A DNA stretch of 64,000 nucleotides, from assembly GCF_030825785.1 (NCBI RefSeq), contig NZ_JAPJPG010000001.1:3335-67334 (forward strand). Reading direction: 5' to 3'. Below, in pieces: positions 51,261 to 60,671 of this stretch (its first letter is position 1; each line of letters starts with the position of its first letter). The position numbers were made by a program, and so were the translations under genes. This DNA comes from Anaerococcus sp. (GTDB lineage Bacteria; Bacillota; Clostridia; Tissierellales; Peptoniphilaceae). A model generated the notes under the pieces. It saw only the letters and a list, made by a program, of their open reading frames with translations, ran no database searches and was not told where the DNA came from.

Positions 51261-52074
51261 CTAGATTAAAATACTCCTTAAGAAACTCAGCTATGGAAGG
51301 CTCTTCGTTTGATCCTATGACAAAGTCTGCCGCATCTTGGGCTTCTTTCATACCGGAAGCCATGGCCACACCACATCCTGCAAAGTCCAAGCTCTTCACA
51401 TCATTCATCCCATCACCAAAATACATGATGTTCTCTCTGTCGATTTCAAGCATTTGGGCTAGTTTCTTTAGACTTTCAGACTTACCTGAGTTTTTATTTA
51501 AGATTTCTAGAAGACGCTTTTCATTTCTCATAATCTTATAGTCTTTGACAAGCTCTTTCCTATTTTCCTCAGTAAACTTATCGAGAAGGTCCTTTTCTCC
51601 TGCAAGGGCAATCCTACATATGCTGTCCTCTATGTCCTCAAACTTTTCAAACTTAAACCAAGGCATAGAAACTTGCCATTGATCGTACAAGAAGGCATCA
51701 TTTGGGACTTCTGCATTTAAGTAGAGGATATTCATGGTGTGGATTGTAATCTGTAAGTCTTCTTCTCCTACCAAGCTCTTGATCTTTTCGTAATCTTTCT
51801 CTCCTAAGGGATTTGATATAAGGGCCTTACCATCAGCATTTCTCCTTACAAAGGCTCCAGTTCCGCAGATAGAATAGTCATCATAGGCCATAAGATCAAG
51901 CTTTTGACGCATCCTCCACATAGCATTAAAGGTCCTGCCAGAGTTTAGGACTATCTTAACCCCCTTTTCTTTTAGTTTTTTGATAGCTGCGACGTTTTCG
52001 TCAAGCATTTCTTTTTTATCATTTACTAAAGTACCATCTATGTCAAATACAATTAGTTTTATATCTTTTTTCAT
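51253..52074 (-). CDS. Cof-type HAD-IIB hydrolase
   Basis: FDIDGTL, SGR, FGDGMND. Confidence 0.92.
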   Translation of the reverse strand: MKKDIKLIVFDIDGTLVNDKKEMLDENVAAIKKLKEKGVKIVLNSGRTFNAMWRMRQKLDLMAYDDYSICGTGAFVRRNADGKALISNPLGEKDYEKIKSLVGEEDLQITIHTMNILYLNAEVPNDAFLYDQWQVSMPWFKFEKFEDIEDSICRIALAGEKDLLDKFTEENRKELVKDYKIMRNEKRLLEILNKNSGKSESLKKLAQMLEIDRENIMYFGDGMNDVKSLDFAGCGVAMASGMKEAQDAADFVIGSNEEPSIAEFLKEYFNLDV

Positions 52075-52200
52075 AAGACTCCTTTTCGTTTTAGACTATA
52101 TTATAATACTAGATAAGGGCTTATTTTCAATCTGATTGAAGGCTATGATAAAGAAGTGTTATAATAATTAAAAGTGTTAATTTCAAAGAAAGGATATATC

Positions 52201-52554
52201 TTGAAAAAGTACAAAGCAAAAATAAAACTTGTTATAAAAAGTGATAGAACAAACTTCTACGGACCAGGTATAAATGAACTCTTAATCCTAATTGATCAAT
52301 ATCAATCGACAAAGGAAGCCGCAGGAGCCATGGGCCTATCTTATTCCAAGGCACTTAAGATTATCAAAAGATGTGAGAGGGAATTGGGCTTTGATATTAT
52401 AAAAAGACAAAGAGGTGGAGCAGACGGGGGAAAGAGTATCCTCACAGACGAAGGAAGAAAAATAATGACAGCCTACAAGGACTTTAATGACGAAGTAAAC
52501 GAGGACTTGGAAGAAAAATTTTACAAGTATTTCTCCTTTTTAGATAAAAATTAA
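52201..52554 (+). CDS. ModE N-terminal-like winged-helix regulator
   Basis: FYGPG..ELL..I....S...AA..MGLSYSKA, RQRGG..GG.S.LT. Probable TTG start at 52201 (RBS AAAGGA). Confidence 0.8.
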   Translation: MKKYKAKIKLVIKSDRTNFYGPGINELLILIDQYQSTKEAAGAMGLSYSKALKIIKRCERELGFDIIKRQRGGADGGKSILTDEGRKIMTAYKDFNDEVNEDLEEKFYKYFSFLDKN

Positions 52555-52588
52555 GGGCTAAGCTAGAAGCTTCGCCCCAATATCTTAA

Positions 52589-53743
52589 CTATTTAACATA
52601 ATCCATCACAGCCTGGGCTACCTTACAAGCTACATTTTCCTCAAAGGCTCCTGGTATGATGTACTCTTCATTTAACTTATCATCATCAATCATTTGGGCA
52701 AGGGCAATTGCCGCAGCAAGCTTCATCTCATCTGTTATAGCTGAAGCATGAGCCTTCAAGGCTCCCTTAAATATTCCAGGAAAGGCTAGGACATTGTTGA
52801 TTTGATTTGGATAATCGCTCCTGCCAGTTGCAAGAATTCTCGCACCAGCTTTCTTGGCTTCGTCATAGTCGATTTCTGGAACTGGATTTGCCATAGCAAA
52901 TACAATAGCATCTTCATTCATATTCTTAATATCTTCTCCATCTATGATATTAGGGGCAGAAACTCCTACAAAAACATCACTATCCACCATAGCTTCCTTT
53001 AAGCTTCCCTTAAAGTTTTCCTCATTGGTAAATTCAGCAATCTTTGCCTTAACAGGATTATCTCCTTCTAGATGGTCTTTGTTGATAGCCCCTTTCGAAT
53101 CACAAACTATAATATGATTTACTCCATAATCTCTTAAAAGCTTAGATATTGAAAAACCAGCAGCTCCCGCTCCAGATATTACGACCTTGATATCTTCTTT
53201 ATTTTTTCCCACTATCTTAAGGGCATTGATAAGAGCTGCAAGAGTTACAATTGCAGTTCCATGTTGGTCGTCGTGAAAGACTGGTATATCGAGCTCTTCT
53301 TTAAGTTTTTCTTCTATGTAGACGCATCTTGGAGATGATATATCCTCTAGATTGATTCCGCCAAAGCCTGGAGCTATGTTTTTTACGACATTAATTATCT
53401 CATCAGCGTCTTGAGTATCTAGGACAATTGGCACAGCATTTACATCACCAAACTCCTTAAACAAGACAGCCTTACCTTCCATAACTGGCATAGCAGCTTC
53501 AGGACCAATATTACCAAGTCCTAGAACAGCAGACCCATCGCTTACTACTGCGATTGTATTAGCCTTTGATGTATAAGTATAGGCCTTCTTCTTATCTTCG
53601 GCGATTTTCCTACAAGGTTCTGCAACTCCTGGTGTGTAGGCATAGGTCAAATCCTCGGCATTATTTACCTTAGCCTTGACATCTGTAGCAACTTTTCCTT
53701 GCCATTGTTCGTGTTTTTCTAAAGCTTTTTCATATACGTTCAT
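52589..53743 (-). CDS. NAD(P)-dependent malic enzyme
   Basis: AYTPGVAEPC, VMEGKA.LFK, INLEDI, FHDDQHGTA, ATGRSD.PNQINN. Confidence 0.94.
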   Translation of the reverse strand: MNVYEKALEKHEQWQGKVATDVKAKVNNAEDLTYAYTPGVAEPCRKIAEDKKKAYTYTSKANTIAVVSDGSAVLGLGNIGPEAAMPVMEGKAVLFKEFGDVNAVPIVLDTQDADEIINVVKNIAPGFGGINLEDISSPRCVYIEEKLKEELDIPVFHDDQHGTAIVTLAALINALKIVGKNKEDIKVVISGAGAAGFSISKLLRDYGVNHIIVCDSKGAINKDHLEGDNPVKAKIAEFTNEENFKGSLKEAMVDSDVFVGVSAPNIIDGEDIKNMNEDAIVFAMANPVPEIDYDEAKKAGARILATGRSDYPNQINNVLAFPGIFKGALKAHASAITDEMKLAAAIALAQMIDDDKLNEEYIIPGAFEENVACKVAQAVMDYVK

Positions 53744-53831
53744 AAATTACTCCTTTTCTTCATATAACAATTTTAACATAGAAAACGATTTTTTAAAACA
53801 AAAGGGCCTGGACTTTCATCCAGACTTCCTT

Positions 53832-55013
53832 CTATTTTCTCCTAAAAATCTTTTTCATTAGAGAATTTGAGCTGTAGTTTAAGATATTTTTCTTATAGAT
53901 CCTGCTTGCTATTTTGTAGGCAAGGACTATAGAAACAAGCATTATTAGTATAGATATAAACCCGTATCCTAGGCCTACACTTCCCTTTATAAGCCTCATC
54001 GGCATAAAGAAAACTGATACAAAAGGTAGGTAGGAGAGGACTTTTATTAGGAGAGTTTCTTCCTTACCCATAAAGCTTAGGGCTACTACAAAGGCAAAAA
54101 CTATGACAAGGATTAGGGGTGTCCCGACTTTGCCGGCATCTTCTTGTTTTTTGGCAAGAGAACCTAACATGGCTGCAAGGATCATGTATATAAGTAGGCT
54201 TAGGATAACAAGACTTGCAAGTTCTACTAGCATCAAGATATTTATATCTCCTAAAAGAGATCCTAAGTCTATATTAAATTTTTCAAATAGTCCATATCTT
54301 TTGGCTCCAAAATAAGCTAGAATGGCGAGTACCCCATATATAACTGTTTGAGTTATGACTGCGAGGAAGTTACCGAAGATTTTCCCTGCAAAATATACCC
54401 CTGCCTTTACTGATGAGAAGATAAATTCTATCATCTTTGAGCCTTTTTCTGTGGCAATTTCTACAACCAAAATATTTGAATACATTATTAGCATCATATA
54501 CATGTAAAATACCAGAGCAAAGTAGGCAGCATACATGATAAAGGACTCTCCCCCTTCTTCCTCTACTAGTTTGAAGGAGGGCTCTCTTTCTAAAATCTTT
54601 AGCTTATCTTCTCCTAGTCCCGCTCTTTTTATGTTTATAGAGTTTTGAACTTCCCTAAGGATAGCATTAAAGGAAGCTATCTCTTGAGCATTTAGATCTT
54701 TCGTGTGATATTTAGCAGATAAACTCCCATCTTCTTCCCTAATTTCTACAAAACTTCCTATATCTTTATCTTCCATGGCCTTTATCGCTTCATCTTTACT
54801 CTTTAGCTTATAGACAGGACTTTCTTTAAAATAAGCTCCTATCTCATCCTCTGCAACTATCTAAGTATCTTTTATTCCATCATCAGCAGAAAAGTAAGTG
54901 ATAGCCCCACTTATAGCCATCATTATTATCGGCATAAAAACAACTAGCCAAAATGCTGGAGATTTGAGTTGTTTTTTCCAAGAATCTAGGGCTACAGTTA
55001 TAAATCTAGACAT
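53832..55013 (-). pseudogene. ABC-2 type permease (NatB/YhaP-like) with an in-frame TAG at codon 51
   Basis: ATG 55013 overlaps the ATPase stop. MSRFITVALDSWKKQLKS...GIKDT*IVAEDEIG... continues in frame into ORF 53832..54776 (EIATEKGSKMIE). TAG at 54861-54863. Confidence 0.85.
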
Positions 55014-55896
55014 CTTCTTCCACCTTTCTTGTAAATATTTCGTTCAAATTTGGAGGAGTTTGGGCAAATACAGGGAGGTAATCAAACTTTTCTCTAAGTC
55101 TTTCGTAAATTTTCCTTCCATCATTTGGATCGTTTAGCTTTATCCTATAGGCATTAGAATCTTTCGTATATGTTATTACAAAATCATTTAATATATCAGA
55201 AATATCTTCTTCACATTCTATTAGAAGCTTGTCTTTTGGATAAGAATTCCTAATCTCTTTAGGGGAGCCTTCTAGGACAACTTGGCCATTTTTTAGCATG
55301 ACTAGTTTGTTACACATATCTTCGATATTTTCCATATTGTGAGATGAAAATATTATAGTAGTCCCACTTTCGTTAATCTCCTTAATAATATCTTGTAAGA
55401 GTCTGATATTGTAAGGATCAAGACCTGAGAAGGGTTCATCTAAGATTACAAATTCTGGATTGTAGATAAGACTTGCCAAAAGCTGAACCTTCTGCTGATT
55501 TCCCTTGGACAAATCCTTGATCTTATCCTTAAGACTTCCCTTTATTTCAAATTTATTAAAATAGGCCTCTAGGCTTTTCTGATCTAGATTTTTCATTAAA
55601 TTTAGCCTAGCAAAATATCTAATCTCTTCGGCTACGGTTTTCTTTGGTGAAAGAGACCTTTCTTCTGGAAGAAAACCAATTTTTTCTAGGGGAACTTTAC
55701 TCACCTGCTTATTATCATAGAGGATTTCTCCCTCATATGAGTCGAAAAAGTCCATAATACACCTAAAAAGCGTTGACTTACCAGCCCCATTTTGTCCAAT
55801 CAGGCCAAACAAATCTCCTTTTTCTACATTAAAACTTACATGGTCCAAGGCCTTAAGCCTTCCAAATGATTTTGATACATTTTTTATCTCTAACAT
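55006..55896 (-). CDS. ABC-2 type ATPase (NatA/YhaQ-like)
   Basis: GQNGAGKST, GFLPEER, LSKGNQQK, LDEPFSGLDP. Confidence 0.92.
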   Translation of the reverse strand: MLEIKNVSKSFGRLKALDHVSFNVEKGDLFGLIGQNGAGKSTLFRCIMDFFDSYEGEILYDNKQVSKVPLEKIGFLPEERSLSPKKTVAEEIRYFARLNLMKNLDQKSLEAYFNKFEIKGSLKDKIKDLSKGNQQKVQLLASLIYNPEFVILDEPFSGLDPYNIRLLQDIIKEINESGTTIIFSSHNMENIEDMCNKLVMLKNGQVVLEGSPKEIRNSYPKDKLLIECEEDISDILNDFVITYTKDSNAYRIKLNDPNDGRKIYERLREKFDYLPVFAQTPPNLNEIFTRKVEEDV

Positions 55897-55902
55897 AAGC
55901 TC

Positions 55903-57000
55903 CTATCCTTCCAATATATTAAGCACAAGTCCTAGAACAAATGGGAAAAGTAACACTGCAAGGAAGATTAACTTAGCCCAATTGTTGGCGAAGTTCATAG
56001 TAATTCCAACGCCTACCCTTTTTTCTACAAATATTGCTGGATCGTCTGGATTGTAATAAATTAGACCACCTAGAATCCACTTATCATCCTCCTCTTCATA
56101 GCCATATCTACCAGTTTTATTTAAGGCTGAACCGTCAACTGACCTAAATTTTCCTATAAGAATGCTACCTCCTATAGAAAATCCAATAGCAATTAGGCCT
56201 AAGACCTTAACCAAGGAGTCGTCTCCAGTTTTCATAAAAGAATGGATTCCTACTTGAAATAAAACTATAAGTAAAATTGCTGATGTCGCAAAATAATAGG
56301 TCCAAATCCTCCTAGTTTCTAAGAGCCTATCCAAGGACTCTTCTGGCATATCTGGACTAATTCTCATCTTTGATAGAAGTTGGGAAAGATTTGCAAAAAA
56401 CATCACAGCTAGCATAAAGAAACTTACTATAGTTGGGGACTGGATGGATAGGTAAGATTTATGAGCTATCCCATCAATTTCTCCCTTGCTATTCATATGC
56501 ATGATTAATTTATCTGGAAAGTTTTCATAGTCTAGGTGGATCCTTATGGCAAAAATTATTACTATTAGGAGAAGTCCTAGGTAGATTCCAAAAAATTCCT
56601 TCTTGTTAAAGATTTTTACCTTAGAATAATCTAGACTTACAACTCTTCTCTTGTCCACTTTTTGATCTTTTGCTAATATTTTTAGTTTCTTATTAGCCAA
56701 AACTAGGGGGATATAGGTTAGAAATATTGATAGAATATAGACAAAATTTAGTAAGACCTCATTTTCTATAAGATAGCTTAAGCCAAGTATAAATAAGGCT
56801 AGGGCAAATCCTATAAGGATAGTCAAAGTCCTATAGTTTTTTAATATCTTTCTTACTTCCTTATTCCCTTCTAAATCTCCCACTAGTCTTACTCCTAGGA
56901 CATAGCCCCTCTTGGAGTAGGATGTGACGAAGGCTTGGATAAGACTTATCAAAATAATAATTATCCCATAAAATACTGCAAGACTCATAGTTTCATTCAT
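55903..57000 (-). CDS. DUF1648/DUF5808 membrane protein
   Basis: PDKL.MH....GEIDG, W..G..YYNPDDPAIFVEKRVGVG.T.NFAN. Confidence 0.8.
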   Translation of the reverse strand: MNETMSLAVFYGIIIILISLIQAFVTSYSKRGYVLGVRLVGDLEGNKEVRKILKNYRTLTILIGFALALFILGLSYLIENEVLLNFVYILSIFLTYIPLVLANKKLKILAKDQKVDKRRVVSLDYSKVKIFNKKEFFGIYLGLLLIVIIFAIRIHLDYENFPDKLIMHMNSKGEIDGIAHKSYLSIQSPTIVSFFMLAVMFFANLSQLLSKMRISPDMPEESLDRLLETRRIWTYYFATSAILLIVLFQVGIHSFMKTGDDSLVKVLGLIAIGFSIGGSILIGKFRSVDGSALNKTGRYGYEEEDDKWILGGLIYYNPDDPAIFVEKRVGVGITMNFANNWAKLIFLAVLLFPFVLGLVLNILEG

Positions 57001-57370
57001 CTTCTCCCTCCCAAATATTTTCTATTAGCCTATCAAGGTCGGATTTTTGTATATTTTTGACCTTGGCAAGGGCTATAATAAAATCAAGTTCTTCTTTTAC
57101 TTTCTTCTTCTGACTTTCACTAATATCTTTAGTTTCATCTACAATCTTCGAGCCAAAACGCCTATCCATGACTATGATTCCGTCTTCTTCTAGCATCTTA
57201 TAGGCCTTGTTTACAGTATGGAGATTAACTCCAATATCTGATGCAAGTTGCCTAACTGATGGAAGAGTCTCACCGTATTTTAAGTCATTTTGGGACAGGG
57301 ATTTGATTATCCCACGTCTGATTTGCTCATAGATTGGCTGATCCGAAGCAAAATCAATCTCTAAAAACAT
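56993..57370 (-). CDS. GntR-family (YtrA subfamily) regulator
   Basis: PIYEQI, LPSVRQLA..IGVN.HTV.KAY..LE..G. Heads an ABC operon. Confidence 0.92.
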   Translation of the reverse strand: MFLEIDFASDQPIYEQIRRGIIKSLSQNDLKYGETLPSVRQLASDIGVNLHTVNKAYKMLEEDGIIVMDRRFGSKIVDETKDISESQKKKVKEELDFIIALAKVKNIQKSDLDRLIENIWEGEDE

Positions 57371-57401
57371 AGACCCTCCTCACAATTTATTTGATTCTTT
57401 T

Positions 57402-57422
57402 TGTTATAGTTATTATATAACA
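57402..57422. promoter_or_regulatory. Putative YtrA-type operator
   Basis: Inverted repeat TGTTATA-N7-TATAACA overlapping the promoter of the GntR operon. Confidence 0.65.
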
Positions 57423-57449
57423 GTTCTATCAATTTGTAAATAAAAAAGA

Positions 57450-57600
57450 GCTCTCTGCAAAATATAAATGAAAATCGCCCAATCACTGAAAGCCTTCCTC
57501 TTAGGAAAATGGCTATCCTAGGTCCTATATAAGAGGCTTAGGATAATTTCCCTAGAAGATTTTTACTAGTAATTAGGCGATTTTTTTATTTCGCAAGGGC
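57450..57600. repeat. About 150-bp long-hairpin element related to 5665-5859
   Basis: Nested arms AAAATCGCC/GGCGATTTT, TAGGAAAAT/ATTTCCCTA and TATCCTA/TAGGATA. Shares TGCAAAA and CTCTTAGGAAA with the 5665 element. Confidence 0.6.
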
Positions 57601-57601
57601 C

Positions 57602-58843
57602 CTAGAAGTTATAATGGTTCATCGGTAGGGTTATTATTTCGTTGATTTCTTTTGGAAGTTTGATATCTCGCATAAGGCCTAGAAAGCTTATGGCGTCTTT
57701 CCCGTATTTTTGCCTTATCTTGTACAAGGCTGTATCGCAATTTTCGTCTTTAATTAGTTTTTTGTAGTCAGAGAAGACGTCCATCTGACTTCCGCCGCCT
57801 TCTTTTCTAAGTTTGATCGCCCTGATGCCTACTGCCCTTACCGGGAAGTCCCACTTGTATTTTTCCTTAAATAAATCGAAGCCCTCTCTGGCAAGGACAA
57901 TGGAAGACTGGCTAGCGAGCTTGATTGGCTTTTGGAAATTGTAGGATTGGAGTTCATTATTTCTTACGAAAATTTCCACACCGCAGGCCTCAAGTCCAGC
58001 TTGTCTTAACCTTTTTGATACAGAAAAAGAAAGTTCTTGGAGGACATTGAAGACTTCCCTGTTATTAACTAAATCTTTCCTACAGGTTGAGGAGTTTCCT
58101 ATAGTCTTAACCTGCTCTTTGTGGTCTCTGTCGTGGACTGGCCTTATATCTAGGCCATTGGCGTACTCCCATAGGTAGACTCCATTTATGCCCAAGAGAT
58201 TTCTTATAAGATCTGGATTTGTATGAGCAAGCTCTCCTAGGGTAAAGATTCCTATTCCATTTAGCTTTCTTTCTGTAGCCCTACCTACTCCCACCATTTC
58301 TCTTACAGGAAGGGGCCAGACAATTTCTTTGAAATTATCTTCTCCTATACAGGTAACTGCGTCAGGCTTTTTCATATCTGATCCGAGTTTTGCGAAAATC
58401 TTACAAAAGCTTACCCCGACACTGACTGTTATACCGACTTCCTTTTTCATCCTTTCACGAATTTCGTTGGCTATCTCTTCTCCGCTTCCAAAAAGATGGG
58501 TCGATCCTGTTACATCAAGGAAGCACTCGTCAAGGCCAAAGGGCTCGACCTGGTTAGTGTATTCATAATAGATTTTCCTAGCAAGCTTAGAGTGTTTGAG
58601 GTATTCGTCATAATGAGGAGGAACTATGGTAAGGTCAGGACACTTGGCGAAGGCCTGCCATAAGGCTTCACCCGTCTTTACCCCAGCCTCCTTAGCTTCT
58701 TGGCTTTTAGCAAGGATAATCCCGTTCCTATTTTTAGGATTGCCTGCGACAGCAATTGGAATTCCCTTAAGCTTTAGGTTAAGTTTTTGTTCTATTGATG
58801 CATAACAAGCGTTCATATCTGAATGTAGTATAACTTTTTTCAT
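57602..58843 (-). CDS. dinB: Y-family DNA polymerase (DinB/UmuC-like)
   Basis: ILHSDMNACYASIE, GLDECFLD, SVGVS..KIFAKLGSDMKKPDA, clamp-binding-like QMDVF, IRQKYG. Confidence 0.92.
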   Translation of the reverse strand: MKKVILHSDMNACYASIEQKLNLKLKGIPIAVAGNPKNRNGIILAKSQEAKEAGVKTGEALWQAFAKCPDLTIVPPHYDEYLKHSKLARKIYYEYTNQVEPFGLDECFLDVTGSTHLFGSGEEIANEIRERMKKEVGITVSVGVSFCKIFAKLGSDMKKPDAVTCIGEDNFKEIVWPLPVREMVGVGRATERKLNGIGIFTLGELAHTNPDLIRNLLGINGVYLWEYANGLDIRPVHDRDHKEQVKTIGNSSTCRKDLVNNREVFNVLQELSFSVSKRLRQAGLEACGVEIFVRNNELQSYNFQKPIKLASQSSIVLAREGFDLFKEKYKWDFPVRAVGIRAIKLRKEGGGSQMDVFSDYKKLIKDENCDTALYKIRQKYGKDAISFLGLMRDIKLPKEINEIITLPMNHYNF

Positions 58844-58852
58844 AATTACTCC

Positions 58853-58934
58853 TTGAATTTCACAGACTATTAATGTATAATTGAGACAATAAATGACTTA
58901 AGAATATTATAAGACCTTCAGTGTCTTTTGTCAA
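58853..58934. promoter_or_regulatory. Face-to-face sigma-A promoters with three AGAC-N7-GTCT-like operators
   Basis: Plus strand TTGAAT(58853)-17-TATAAT(58876). Minus strand TTGACA(58934-58929)-17-TATAAT(58911-58906). Operators at 58864-58878, 58884-58898 and 58912-58926. Confidence 0.75.
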
Positions 58935-58976
58935 CCATTTTTGTAAATAAAAGTCTGTAAGCTAAAAGGAGAGCGT

Positions 58977-59366
58977 ATGGCATTTGCTAATAAAGTTAAA
59001 GAACTAAGAGAAATCAAAAAGTTAACCCAAGAAGACCTAGCCAAGTTGTGTAATGTCTCAACCAAGACCATCTCAAGATACGAACTAGGAGAATCCAAGC
59101 CAAGATACAGGAAGACCTATGATCTTTTGGCCAAACACCTCGATACAAGTCACGACTACTTGGTAACTGATGAGGACGAATTTATCCTAAAGGCTAGGGA
59201 AAACTTCGGCGAAGGCGGAGCAAAGGATGCCCAAGATATGATAAACGGAGTTATTGGCCTAATGGCAGGAGGCGAGCTTCCAGAAGATGACAAAAGAGCC
59301 ATCCTCGATGCCATATCAGAAGCCTACTATATAGCCAAGATGGAAAATGAAAAGAAGGATAAATAA
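58977..59366 (+). CDS. XRE/Cro-CI family repressor (ImmR-like)
   Basis: KELRE.KKLTQEDLA..CNVS..TISRYE.G...P, LA..L.TS.DYL. No S24 autopeptidase domain. Confidence 0.92.
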   Translation: MAFANKVKELREIKKLTQEDLAKLCNVSTKTISRYELGESKPRYRKTYDLLAKHLDTSHDYLVTDEDEFILKARENFGEGGAKDAQDMINGVIGLMAGGELPEDDKRAILDAISEAYYIAKMENEKKDK

Positions 59367-59905
59367 TGGGAGTATCCTACGATAGTATCTACAAAAAGGC
59401 GAGGGAGGTCATAGATACCTACAAGTCCAGAGACCCTAGGGATATCCTAGAAAGAAGAGAGGTCCACCTTATAGCCTTTAAGTCAAACACCAAACTTTTA
59501 GGCATGTATAAGATCATTAAGGGAGTAAGTTTTGTCTTCTACAATCCCTTCGTAGATGAGAGAATCCAAAATATGGTTTTTGCCCACGAGCTAGGCCACC
59601 ACCTATTTCACGAAGATGCGGCAGCGAGTGACCTTATAGAATATGAGCTTTTCGATATAAATTCAGAAATGGAGCTTGAGGCCAATATCTTCGCAGCCCA
59701 CCTTCTCCTAGACGAAAAATCTCTTATCGAAGACGTAAAGGAAGGCTACACCTACAATCAGCTCGCCAGTATGTATGATGTAAATGTAAATCTTATGATC
59801 TTTAAGTTAAACGAAATGCACAGGATGGGTATGCCTATAAGAAAGGAAAGCCCCTCAAGTTCGACCTTTTTTAGGGATATAGAAGATTGTAAGTGTAATT
59901 ACTAG
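59366..59905 (+). CDS. ImmA/IrrE family zinc metalloendopeptidase
   Basis: FAHELGH (HExxH) and E.EANIFAAHLLL. Translationally coupled to the XRE gene (TAATG). Confidence 0.92.
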   Translation: MGVSYDSIYKKAREVIDTYKSRDPRDILERREVHLIAFKSNTKLLGMYKIIKGVSFVFYNPFVDERIQNMVFAHELGHHLFHEDAAASDLIEYELFDINSEMELEANIFAAHLLLDEKSLIEDVKEGYTYNQLASMYDVNVNLMIFKLNEMHRMGMPIRKESPSSSTFFRDIEDCKCNY

Positions 59906-60042
59906 AAAGATCTTATAAAATTTCATCTTTGATTAAGTTGCTAATAATTATCCCTAGAAAACTTGCCCTTGGCTTTGTTTTATCCCTGAAAGAAAATATT
60001 GCACGAAAAAAGACCTCTCCCGAGGTCTTTACTTATCTTATC

Positions 60043-60585
60043 TTATTTGGCTTCGGATACGACCTTGATTGTCTCATCCTTATCTAGGCTTGATCTTGCG
60101 TAGATTGAGTAGTTTTCTCTTTCTACTACTAGGTGTCTAAATGATCCGTCGTCCCAGAATTTTCCGTCTTCTTCGCCTACTTTTACATCTTCAGCATCTT
60201 CTGGCATTGTGAAAAGACTCTTGAATCTTTCTTCATTGTCTGAAACTTGTAGTGTAATCTTTTTGGCAGGATTATTCTTTTGGCCAAATTCTATAGTCAA
60301 AAGATCCTTCTTCTCGTCTCTGAAGTTTTCTTCGAAGTCTTCTGGAAGGTAGTTGTAAGCTACATCATAGATTGGGCTATCATACTTCTTGTCTGAAGTC
60401 TCTTTCTCCCCTTCTTCCTTCTTATCTTCTTCAGAATCTTTATCAGATGCCTTATCTTCTGCCTTTTCCTCTACCTTTGTTTCTTCCCTCTTATCTTCAC
60501 TGTTCTTCGCATCATTTGAACAAGCCATTAGGCCAAAAGCTAGGGCAAGAGTCATAGCGCTTGCAAAAAACTTTTTAATCTTCAT
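60043..60585 (-). CDS. Lipoprotein (DUF4367-like C-terminus)
   Basis: Lipobox LMAC, NYLPEDF, LDKDETIKV. Confidence 0.65.
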   Translation of the reverse strand: MKIKKFFASAMTLALAFGLMACSNDAKNSEDKREETKVEEKAEDKASDKDSEEDKKEEGEKETSDKKYDSPIYDVAYNYLPEDFEENFRDEKKDLLTIEFGQKNNPAKKITLQVSDNEERFKSLFTMPEDAEDVKVGEEDGKFWDDGSFRHLVVERENYSIYARSSLDKDETIKVVSEAK

Positions 60586-60671
60586 TCCCTCTCCTTAGTT
60601 TATCCTTCATTAAATTCGTTATTAATTATACTAAATTTCTATATTTTATACAAGTCTTTGATGAGATCTAG

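Noticed and set aside
54861..54863. Pyrrolysine or recoding at the amber codon
   Set aside because: No pyl genes are in the window, TAG is used as a normal stop in many genes here, and a permease loop is an unlikely site.
57602..59905. Prophage or ICE remnant
   Set aside because: No integrase, att repeats, tRNA target, structural or conjugation genes are adjacent. An ancient mobile origin remains possible.
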